Source: Spirochaetaceae bacterium
Lineage (GTDB): Bacteria > Spirochaetota > Spirochaetia > DSM-2461
DNA length: 64,000 nucleotides
Assembly: GCA_051531975.1 (NCBI GenBank)
Contig: JAOPTT010000020.1
Coordinates: 58,042-122,041 of the forward strand
Reading direction: 5' to 3'
Position numbers and translations under genes: made by a program. The notes under the pieces are model-generated. The model did no database searches. It was not told where the DNA came from and saw only the letters and a list, made by a program, of their open reading frames with translations. Shown here piece by piece: positions 20,199-28,892 of this stretch (position 1 is its first letter; every line of letters begins with the position of its first letter).

Positions 20199-21049
20199 AT
20201 ATTAAAGGAATAAAAAAGATAAAAACACCTCAAAGAGTTACTGATGGAGCTGGTGTAGAACTAAATAGAGTTATTGGAATTGATGAAGTAGATGATACCG
20301 ATCCATTTTTAATGTTAGATCATTTTGAAAACAGAGACCCAACAAAAGAGATGGCTGGTTTCCCATGGCACCCACATAGAGGAATTGAAACAATTACATA
20401 TATGATAAAGGGTGGAATCTACCATGAAGATAGTCTTGGTAATAAGGGTAAGTTAGAGTCTGGGGATGTTCAGTGGATGACAGCTGGGAGTGGAATAGTT
20501 CACCAAGAGATGCCTTTAGAGGGAGCTGGTAACCTGTATTTAGGGTTTCAGTTATGGTCTAATCTACCTTCGACCCATAAGATGATGAATCCTAGGTATC
20601 AGGAAATAAAATCAGATGATATTCCATTAGTTACAGACGAAGATGGTAGTTTAATTAAAGTGATTACTGGTGAATATAAAGGTGTACAAGGACCTGTATC
20701 TGAAATTATCACAAATCCTCTATACCTTGATATTTATATTCTACCAGATGTAGAAAAAGAGATTATTGTTAGTGATAAAAAAAATACATTTTTATATGTT
20801 TTTGAAGGTAGTGGGGAAATACATTCTACATTAAAATTAGAACCTGTCAAAAAGTTAGATCTAGTACTATTTACATCTGGAGATGTTATTAAAATTAGTT
20901 CAGGGAAAGAGGGTATTAGGTTTTTACTAATATCAGGAGAACCACTTAATGAAGCGATTGCTTGGAGTGGACCTATTGTCATGAATACCCAGGAAGAGTT
21001 ACAAGTTGCTTTTAATGAATATAATAATGGGACTTTTTTGAAACAATAG
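20195..21049 (+). CDS. pirin family protein
   Basis: DGAGV, DPFLMLDHF, GFPWHPHRGIETITY, WMTAGSGIVHQE, GPIVMNT. Confidence 0.95.
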   Translation: MNIKGIKKIKTPQRVTDGAGVELNRVIGIDEVDDTDPFLMLDHFENRDPTKEMAGFPWHPHRGIETITYMIKGGIYHEDSLGNKGKLESGDVQWMTAGSGIVHQEMPLEGAGNLYLGFQLWSNLPSTHKMMNPRYQEIKSDDIPLVTDEDGSLIKVITGEYKGVQGPVSEIITNPLYLDIYILPDVEKEIIVSDKKNTFLYVFEGSGEIHSTLKLEPVKKLDLVLFTSGDVIKISSGKEGIRFLLISGEPLNEAIAWSGPIVMNTQEELQVAFNEYNNGTFLKQ

Positions 21050-21054
21050 ATAAC

Positions 21055-21085
21055 AGCAACTGATATTTATGACATATCAGTTGCT
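21055..21085. terminator. hairpin between convergent pirin and outer-membrane protein genes
   Basis: AGCAACTGATAT-N7-ATATCAGTTGCT, perfect 12-bp stem. Confidence 0.7.
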
Positions 21086-21099
21086 AGTTTATATAACTA

Positions 21100-21603
21100 T
21101 TAAAGATAAAAGTTAACACCTAATACAACTTCCGTAGATGGATACATCCAATCTGGTTCACCAATTAAAAGAGATTGGCAAGCTTCTAATATAATATTCA
21201 TTGATGGATGGATTTTATATCTTGCTCCTAATTTTATATTAGGACCAATTAAAAAACCTTTATCATCACCTGTTAATCTAATTGTAGGACTTAAACCTGT
21301 ACCAACTAAAAAAGTGAAAACTTCATTTTGTGGAAATAAAAAATTAATCCCAACCTTAATAGGAATGTTAAACATAGGTTCTACATCATCATTTTCATCT
21401 ACATTTTCAGTATTTAAATTAAGAGCAACCTTTATATCAAGTTCTTTATTGTCATTTAGTGGTTTTATTAAAGAAAACCCAAAATTAACAAAAAACTCTT
21501 CTAGGTACTCTGTTCCAGCACTTATTGAATATGATGTTAATCGATCTTCTGAATAAAGGTTAAACGCGGCTAATAATAGTGTAACTAATAATATTTTTTT
21601 CAT
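21100..21603 (-). CDS. small exported protein, probable outer-membrane beta-barrel
   Basis: Signal peptide MKKILLVTLLLAAFNLYS; amphipathic strands; C-terminal VVLGVNFYL. Confidence 0.65.
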   Translation of the reverse strand: MKKILLVTLLLAAFNLYSEDRLTSYSISAGTEYLEEFFVNFGFSLIKPLNDNKELDIKVALNLNTENVDENDDVEPMFNIPIKVGINFLFPQNEVFTFLVGTGLSPTIRLTGDDKGFLIGPNIKLGARYKIHPSMNIILEACQSLLIGEPDWMYPSTEVVLGVNFYL

Positions 21604-21660
21604 CCTATTATAAAACTATATTTGTCAAGAAGAATCAAGTTATTTATTATATGAATCTCC

Positions 21661-21689
21661 TTGTAACAGCTTAATAAAGCATTTAATAT
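21661..21689 (+). promoter_or_regulatory. sigma70 promoter abutting the methyltransferase ATG
   Basis: TTGTAA-N17-TAATAT-N6-ATG; no SD. Confidence 0.55.
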
Positions 21690-21695
21690 AGCTAT

Positions 21696-23606
21696 ATGAA
21701 TCTCTTAACAATTCAAGAAGTTGCCTCAAAATTAAAGATATCTAAAGCAAGTGTTAAAAACTGGGAAAAACAAGGATATCTTGCGCCAGTTCATAATAAA
21801 TTATACTCACCATCAGATGTTTCTACACTTCAGAGTAAATTAGATAGTGGAGAACTTAAAAGACTTGAGAGCAGGGCAAATAAAAGTAGATCCAAGAACC
21901 AGTTTATACCTTTAGAGTATCTAAAGAATCCTGAATCCATAACAGGATTAGAGGAAATTATAACTTTTATTACTAAGTATAATATTAAACCCGAACAAGC
22001 ACTTTTTTTATTGGCAATAAATGCACTGGTTAAAACAGACGATATAGAAAAAGAACATTTATATGAAGCTCTAAAATTTGAGAATTCAAATTATTTTAAA
22101 CGTGAGTCAGTTTTTGAGGAATTAAAAAACTGGTATGAGCAGATTCATAAAAAAGAGATTAAAAAAGATAATCTATATTGTAATTTCCTTTTAGAAGTTC
22201 CTCTACCAACTGAAATTGATCTGTTAGGTATTATTCATCAATCAATTATGCAAGAGGGTACAAAGTCATCATTAGGCTCATATTATACACCGCCTTCATT
22301 AGTTTCTAAGATTGTAAAAGATAATATAACACCTGAAAGTAAGGTTCTAGATCCTTGTTGTGGAACAGGGCAATTTCTTTTAACAATGGCAGATGATATC
22401 CTAGATCCAAATTTAATTTGGGGTGCAGATATTGATGAAATCGCAGTAAGGATAGCAAAAGTAAACCTATTATTACATTATCATGAGCGGGATTTTACTC
22501 CTAATATATTTCACTGCAACTCATTAACCAATTGGGTGGAAGGAGATTTTTCTTTAATAGCAACAAATCCTCCCTGGGGTGCTAAAATTAATTTAACTAC
22601 ATTAAAACAGTTAAAAGATATATATCCTGAGATACAGTCAAAAGAGAGTTTTTCATTCTTTTTGACCTTTGCATTAACACATCTTAAAAATGGCGGTATA
22701 TATTCATTTGTACTTCCTGAATCTATTTTATATGTAAAAAATCACCAAGATATTAGATCCCATCTTCTAAATAACTCCCAAATTAAATTTATACAAAGTG
22801 GTGGGCGGATGTTTAAAAATGTATTTTCCTCAGTTATTAGAATTGATGGTATAAATACATTACCGGTCAATGATACCGTTGTTAAACTAGAGACAACACA
22901 AAACGAATATAGTATTAAACAAAATAGATTTTTATCTAATCATAACAGAATAATTGACCTTTATTGCTCAAATACTGACCAAAATATAATTGAGAATGTA
23001 TATAATAAACCCCATGTAACATTAGAAAATAGTGCTGATTGGGCTTTAGGAATTGTTACTGGAAATAATAACTTACACATAAAAAAAATAATCGACGAAA
23101 ATCTTGAACCACTTTTTAAGGGAAAGGACTTAGAACCACTAAAATTTAAATTGGCAACTAATTATATAGAGTTTAATCCAAAACTATTTCAGCAATGTGC
23201 TCCTGAACATCTATATAGAGCTCCTGAGAAATTAGTATATAAATTTATATCCAAAGACCTAGTTTTTGCTTATGATGATAAACAGCTTTTAACACTGAAT
23301 AGTGCAAATATTCTTATCCCAAAAGTTCCTAATTATCCTATTAAAATAATTGGTGCTCTATTTAATTCAGCACTTTACAAATTTATATATAAAAAGAAAT
23401 TTAATGCTCTAAAAGTACTAAGAGGGGATATTGAGACTCTACCCATTCCAAACTTAACCTCTGATGAAAAAAAGATATTAACCTCTTTATCTAACAGAGT
23501 CATTTCTAATGAAATCGAGTATAAAGATATCGATGACTATATTTTTAATCTATTTGAGATATCAGATGAATACAAGTCTAAGATAATGATGTTTCTAGAA
23601 TCCTAA
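21696..23606 (+). CDS. N6-adenine DNA methyltransferase (gamma class, TaqI-C-like TRD; M.VspI/M.HpyAVII-like) with N-terminal HTH; no adjacent endonuclease
   Basis: YYTP, LDPCCGTG, NPPW, LPES, ALGIVTGNN, EKLVYKFISK..LNSAN; N-terminal LTIQEVASKLKISKASVKNW. Confidence 0.9.
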   Translation: MNLLTIQEVASKLKISKASVKNWEKQGYLAPVHNKLYSPSDVSTLQSKLDSGELKRLESRANKSRSKNQFIPLEYLKNPESITGLEEIITFITKYNIKPEQALFLLAINALVKTDDIEKEHLYEALKFENSNYFKRESVFEELKNWYEQIHKKEIKKDNLYCNFLLEVPLPTEIDLLGIIHQSIMQEGTKSSLGSYYTPPSLVSKIVKDNITPESKVLDPCCGTGQFLLTMADDILDPNLIWGADIDEIAVRIAKVNLLLHYHERDFTPNIFHCNSLTNWVEGDFSLIATNPPWGAKINLTTLKQLKDIYPEIQSKESFSFFLTFALTHLKNGGIYSFVLPESILYVKNHQDIRSHLLNNSQIKFIQSGGRMFKNVFSSVIRIDGINTLPVNDTVVKLETTQNEYSIKQNRFLSNHNRIIDLYCSNTDQNIIENVYNKPHVTLENSADWALGIVTGNNNLHIKKIIDENLEPLFKGKDLEPLKFKLATNYIEFNPKLFQQCAPEHLYRAPEKLVYKFISKDLVFAYDDKQLLTLNSANILIPKVPNYPIKIIGALFNSALYKFIYKKKFNALKVLRGDIETLPIPNLTSDEKKILTSLSNRVISNEIEYKDIDDYIFNLFEISDEYKSKIMMFLES

Positions 23607-25901
23607 AGCTTCTAATACTTTAACCCCAAGCTTTCTATTTTTTCCTCTGTATGGATAACAATGGATATGAATTGCAGGGTTAAAGTTTAGCTCTATTATA
23701 GTTGCATTATCATTAGTTCTTTTCTCTTTTATATCTTTAATCATCATATCAACACCAGTAATATTGGCTCCAACAGCTTTTGCAGCTTTTATTGCCTCAA
23801 CAAAATAACTTTTATCAACACTATCAGTGAAATCTAAACTGTCACCACCTGTACTAATATTAGAGTTTTCCCTTATGTAAATCAATTCATCCTTATTAGG
23901 AATAGAAGCAATGTTCAGATTTTGATTTTTTAAAAAGAGTAATTCTGATTCACCTAATTTAAGGTGTTCTAAAGGTTTTTTATACCCTAAACCTCTAAGT
24001 GGATCTTGGTTCTTAATTGTAATTAACTGTTCTATAGTTGATTTCCCATCACCTATGATATTAGCTGGAACCCTTTTTAGTATTCCACAAACTTCACTGT
24101 TTATAATTGTAAACCTATATTCTTCACCAGGGAAAAATGTCTCTATTAAAACTGTTTCATCATTTGCAAAACCTAAATTGATACCTTGCTCAAAATCAAC
24201 TTTACTAAAACCACTGTTTAAAATTGTAATACCAATACCAAAATTTGTATTATTAGGTTTTATTACAATTTTTTTAGAGTTGTATTTATAAAAGTCATCT
24301 ATTGCAGCTAATTTGTTTGTATATATCCCTCCCTGAGGAACAGATACACCATTTTCAGCTAAAACCCTTTTAGTTATAGCTTTATTTTCCATTACTAATA
24401 CAGTTGAATAACTATCTAGACTAGTTTTTGTAGCCTGTTTTATATATTCAATTTTCTCTCCACTTCTTATACTTATAAAGTTCTCATTAACATCTAATAT
24501 TTTTACTTTTAAGCCTTTTAGAAGAGCTTCTTTCACTAATATTTGGGTTGATAACTCAAGTTCTTCATAACCTTTTAAAGAGAATCTTTTAGATAATGAA
24601 TCAGTTTTATTTTGTTTAGCTACAGAAAGGTGATGATTAATATAACCCTTCTTTTCTACAAGTTTATATATGTTTTCAGAGTATGGTTTAACTTTTCCAT
24701 TTAACTTATTTATTGCATTAGATATTATTGAATTATAATAATTATTATTAATATTTAACGTATCTAAAACATTTTTTACTCTCTCGAAAAAGAAAAGTCC
24801 CTCTTCTTTTAGTTCATCATTAAGTTTTCTACCATGTAAGCTAACAAAGTTTTGTTTCTCTATAGCTTTACTTTGTGCATCCTGATCATAAAGGCTACAT
24901 GGATATAATAAGCTAGAAAGTATTATTAGATGTACTAAGTGAATATCACCTTTACTAATCCCAACTTTTGTTAAAGGATTAAGATCTATCATTCTTAGTT
25001 CTATATACTCAATTCCTTCTTTTTCAAGTTCAGTGAAAGTATTTTGATCTTTACTGTTCTTTAATCTAACAGGACTATAATATTCATTTACACAATTTAA
25101 TGCACCTTTGGATATTAATGACTTTAAGTCACTTATATTCTCATCTAGTGTATCAAAAGATACTCTAAAATCCTCATTATTCCTGTATCCACATATACTG
25201 TTTCTATAAGAACAAGCATCGTCAAATATAAACTCTTCACCCCGCCTGAACTCTTTTGCAGTTTCACAACATAATTTATATGTTGAATGAGTTGCTACAT
25301 TAGCACCTAATAAATATGTAATTAACCATTGGTGTTTAAGTAAGTTTCTTGAAATTGTTAGATATAATCTATTTTTAAAGTCATAGTAAGAATCTTGTTT
25401 TTCTTCAAATTTATATAGTTCATGTAAAAAAGAATTTCTAAAAGAGAAATTATAATGTATTCCAGAAATTAACTGTTTATGTTTACCATATTTTTCAGCA
25501 ATATACTCTCTATATTTCATTTTAGCTTGAGCATCAGGACTTGAACCATAATTTGCAATTGGAATATCATTATCATCAGGTATTATTGGAGGCATACTAC
25601 TAGTCCATAGGTATTCATCTTTAGGTAAGTTTTCATTAACAATATCGTGAATATTCTCAAGCATATAATAAGCTTCATCTATGGAGTTAGATGGTGGTGT
25701 AATCATCTCTATTTGACTTTCTGAGAAGTCTGTCGTTATATATGGATGGGTTAGCTTGTCACCAAGGATTGTTGGGTGTGGTGTTAGTGCTAATTTTCCA
25801 TCTGTATCAACCCTGAGGTTTTCTTTCTCAAGACCCCATTTACCTTTAATAAGGCCGGCTGCTAAATTATTATCTTTTATCGTTTTTAACATTTTATCCA
25901 T
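23595..25901 (-). CDS. gshAB: bifunctional glutamate-cysteine ligase / glutathione synthetase (GshF/GshAB)
   Basis: GLEKENLRV, HPYITTDFSESQIEMITP, ISGIHYNFS, YIELR; ELSTQIL, KQATKTSLDSY, ATP-grasp NSNISTGGDS, IELNFNP; start moved to 25901 on promoter position. Confidence 0.93.
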   Translation of the reverse strand: MDKMLKTIKDNNLAAGLIKGKWGLEKENLRVDTDGKLALTPHPTILGDKLTHPYITTDFSESQIEMITPPSNSIDEAYYMLENIHDIVNENLPKDEYLWTSSMPPIIPDDNDIPIANYGSSPDAQAKMKYREYIAEKYGKHKQLISGIHYNFSFRNSFLHELYKFEEKQDSYYDFKNRLYLTISRNLLKHQWLITYLLGANVATHSTYKLCCETAKEFRRGEEFIFDDACSYRNSICGYRNNEDFRVSFDTLDENISDLKSLISKGALNCVNEYYSPVRLKNSKDQNTFTELEKEGIEYIELRMIDLNPLTKVGISKGDIHLVHLIILSSLLYPCSLYDQDAQSKAIEKQNFVSLHGRKLNDELKEEGLFFFERVKNVLDTLNINNNYYNSIISNAINKLNGKVKPYSENIYKLVEKKGYINHHLSVAKQNKTDSLSKRFSLKGYEELELSTQILVKEALLKGLKVKILDVNENFISIRSGEKIEYIKQATKTSLDSYSTVLVMENKAITKRVLAENGVSVPQGGIYTNKLAAIDDFYKYNSKKIVIKPNNTNFGIGITILNSGFSKVDFEQGINLGFANDETVLIETFFPGEEYRFTIINSEVCGILKRVPANIIGDGKSTIEQLITIKNQDPLRGLGYKKPLEHLKLGESELLFLKNQNLNIASIPNKDELIYIRENSNISTGGDSLDFTDSVDKSYFVEAIKAAKAVGANITGVDMMIKDIKEKRTNDNATIIELNFNPAIHIHCYPYRGKNRKLGVKVLEALGF

Positions 25902-25908
25902 TAGTAAA

Positions 25909-25937
25909 AAGATAAACATCATAATAGGGAAAGTCAA
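25909..25937 (-). promoter_or_regulatory. sigma70 promoter abutting the gshF ATG
   Basis: TTGACT-N17-TATCTT-N7-ATG on the minus strand; no SD. Confidence 0.65.
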
Positions 25938-26042
25938 TTAGAATCTTGTTTAAAAGGAAGTAAGTTGAATTATAGATCGTAGAATAAAATTTCTATGTAG
26001 GTGTTTAAAATATAAACTTAATAGACATAGTTGAAATACTCA

Positions 26043-27206
26043 CTAATTTATTAATAAAAGAAAATTTGATCTAAATTCTTCCAGATTATGTTTTCCTCCA
26101 GCACCTTGCCATAATGGACTTCGACCACCACCTTTACCATTAATTATTGGTAAAACGTCAGATTTAAACTTATCAAAATCTATAATCGGATTTGATGAAT
26201 CAATTAGATACCAGTTTAAGTTTTCTCCTAAATTTATAACTAATAGGGCATTCTCCAGTTTATTAACTAATTCTGAAGCAAGCTTTTGAGTAATTTTAGA
26301 TGGTATGTTTTCGAAAATAATGAAACTTTGTTTCTCTTGTTGGATAGATTTAATACTGTTTTTTATCAATATCTCACTAATACTTTTTTGTTCCTGTTTA
26401 AGTTTGGAAACACTGTTTTTTAAAGTTAATAGACCACCAGGTATTTCATTATCTCTAGTAGAAAGTTCTTTGTTTATTTTATGAATAATTGAAGTTTTAT
26501 TTTGATAATCTTTTAAAGCGTTTATACCAATTAGAAATGTTAATCTGATATTACCTCTAATTTTTTCATAACCAGTGATTTTAATAAGACCAATTTGTGA
26601 AATGTTAGATAAATGCAGACCTCCACAGGGAACACAGTCATAGCCTTCAATTTCAACAACTCTAATATATCCTGAATATTTTGAGCTACGTCTTATATTA
26701 AAATCTTTTAACCCTTCATCATCTGTTTCATGATAAATTATATTATTATTATTAGAAATTAGTTCAAAACATCTATTTTCTATGTTAAGTAAATCATTAT
26801 CATTTATTTGTGTAGAATCGATCTCAATAGTTGTCTCATTTTCACCTAAATGAACACTTAATGTATCTAAATCTAACTCTTTTTTTAATACTGCAGATAT
26901 TAGATGCTGACCACTATGTTGAACCATAAAATGTTCTCTATGGTCTCTGTCTATTACACATGTAACAACTTTATCAAGAGGTTCTTTTTCTAAGATATGT
27001 AGAATATTATCATTCTCTTTTATTGTATCTATAACTTTTATATTACCAATTAAACCTCTATCCCCGGGCTGTCCACCACCTTCAGGATAAAAGTATGTCT
27101 CATTTAGTTCTATAAGATACAAACCTCTATCATTTTTAGTGATAGAGGTTATTTTAGCTTCAAAATTATATATTTTATTATCTAAATAGTATTTTTTTAA
27201 TGTCAC
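26043..27206 (-). CDS. AlaX-L type aminoacyl-tRNA editing protein with DHHA1 domain
   Basis: FYPEGGGQPGD, QHSGQH, PCGGLH, GKGGG; GTG start overlapping the GH9 TGA. Confidence 0.88.
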   Translation of the reverse strand: MTLKKYYLDNKIYNFEAKITSITKNDRGLYLIELNETYFYPEGGGQPGDRGLIGNIKVIDTIKENDNILHILEKEPLDKVVTCVIDRDHREHFMVQHSGQHLISAVLKKELDLDTLSVHLGENETTIEIDSTQINDNDLLNIENRCFELISNNNNIIYHETDDEGLKDFNIRRSSKYSGYIRVVEIEGYDCVPCGGLHLSNISQIGLIKITGYEKIRGNIRLTFLIGINALKDYQNKTSIIHKINKELSTRDNEIPGGLLTLKNSVSKLKQEQKSISEILIKNSIKSIQQEKQSFIIFENIPSKITQKLASELVNKLENALLVINLGENLNWYLIDSSNPIIDFDKFKSDVLPIINGKGGGRSPLWQGAGGKHNLEEFRSNFLLLIN

Positions 27207-28876
27207 TTAATTATAGATGACGCAAATAAAAACCAACTTGCATGTGGTATCCATTGCTCACCCCATCTCCATGTATTATCTCCGGTGTTTGCACACTCTG
27301 GTTGAAAGTCTATATCAGATTCATCTAAAAATCCACCAGTTATACCGTTACATATTCCACCAGGAAAACTTGGATATGCAGCAGCATAATCAGGAGTATT
27401 TCTTCCTCTACCATATAACATACACATATCGTAGGGGTTTAAACCTAGAATCCAGTGCATTTGATTATTTCCAAATGTTAATAATTTATCAGAAAACTCT
27501 TTATCATCTGAAAATAGCAAGGATCCCATGTAAGCTGCCGCAGCTAAGGATGCTATTCTAGCATTTTCACCTTGCCACCAGTAACCTGTCTCATTTTTAT
27601 GGGGTATAAAAAATGCCGTCTTCCTTACATCATCAGTATCCACAGTATATTGCCTAGCATATCCAAATGGGTTAGTCACTTCACTTGTAATTTCTAGTTC
27701 GTAATTAAGAGCATTTTTAATTACACTTTTAACTTCAGAACTATCTTCAATAGATAAATATTCAATTAAAGATATAATTGGAAAACCAGCTTCTGCTGCA
27801 TGGAAATATGGTCTGTCTACATTATCTGCTCTAAACCAGTTATTAATATTATTATCAGAAGTTTGTCGGTCCATTAGAGATTTAGCTCTCTTATCTGCAG
27901 CATTTTTATGTTTTTTATCACCGGTAACTTTAAATAGTTCAGTTGCAGCTAATAGAGCGCAATAATCATCTATTATATTTTCTTCACCATCGTCTAAATA
28001 CTTTGTATTATTTATTTCTAAATGATCAAAAGCCTTTATTGCAATATCTAAATATGTTTTAGATGAAAATTCGCCTTGTTCTTCTAAAGTTGAAGCTTTA
28101 GCCAATGCGGCAATTGATACTCCAGCGCCCTGCCTATAACCTGCCTGATAGTTATCAAATTTATGGCCCTTCTGAGTTTCGTAGGCACATATCTCTCTCT
28201 GTTCTGGGGCCTTAGACCACTTATCAAAAACTATAGAATAAAAATATCCATCTTTATCAAACATTCGAACTAAAAAATCTGCACCAAATAGTGCTTCATC
28301 TATAACTCTAGGTTTAATTAAAGCAGTTTGATGATCTCTTTTATCTGAGTTTTCAATTAGCTTTAGAATGTGCCAAACAGAACCAGGAATTTGCTGAGGA
28401 TTGAAAAAGTTAGCATAACTTAAATGAGTTAAATATTTACTAATATCACCGGAAGCATCATACCAGCCACCACTAACATCAACAGTGCCAGTTCTTTTAC
28501 CAACAAAGGATGCTGTTCTATCCTTTCTATCCCATTTACCAGATGATCTTTGGGATTTAAAATAATTAATAATTTCATTGTGTAAAAACTTATCATATAT
28601 AGTTTCTTCAATATAAAAAGGTTCAGAAGATATTCCATCAACATCAATATAATATCTTCCTAATTCTTTAAAACCGGAGAAGTCTAAACTAAAGAAATAC
28701 CAATCTTTCCAATTATCAACTGTTCCAGCACGGACAATTTCACCAGTGTAAACAATATCCCCATTTTCTCTATTTATTAAAGAAAATGATCTACCTGTAA
28801 ACGATTCCGGTGCCTTTAAAACAGCTTTTTTGCTTGTGGAGACTGTATAACCAGGATGACTAATAAATATTTTCAT
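27203..28876 (-). CDS. GH9 glycoside hydrolase, exo-beta-D-glucosaminidase/chitobiase subgroup
   Basis: SGGWYDASGDISKYLTHLSYANFFNPQQ, YWWQGENAR, GGICNGIT, WRWGEQWIPH, as recalled for Vibrio/Photobacterium GH9 glucosaminidases. Confidence 0.85.
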   Translation of the reverse strand: MKIFISHPGYTVSTSKKAVLKAPESFTGRSFSLINRENGDIVYTGEIVRAGTVDNWKDWYFFSLDFSGFKELGRYYIDVDGISSEPFYIEETIYDKFLHNEIINYFKSQRSSGKWDRKDRTASFVGKRTGTVDVSGGWYDASGDISKYLTHLSYANFFNPQQIPGSVWHILKLIENSDKRDHQTALIKPRVIDEALFGADFLVRMFDKDGYFYSIVFDKWSKAPEQREICAYETQKGHKFDNYQAGYRQGAGVSIAALAKASTLEEQGEFSSKTYLDIAIKAFDHLEINNTKYLDDGEENIIDDYCALLAATELFKVTGDKKHKNAADKRAKSLMDRQTSDNNINNWFRADNVDRPYFHAAEAGFPIISLIEYLSIEDSSEVKSVIKNALNYELEITSEVTNPFGYARQYTVDTDDVRKTAFFIPHKNETGYWWQGENARIASLAAAAYMGSLLFSDDKEFSDKLLTFGNNQMHWILGLNPYDMCMLYGRGRNTPDYAAAYPSFPGGICNGITGGFLDESDIDFQPECANTGDNTWRWGEQWIPHASWFLFASSIIK

Positions 28877-28892
28877 ATAGACCTCTCTCTAT

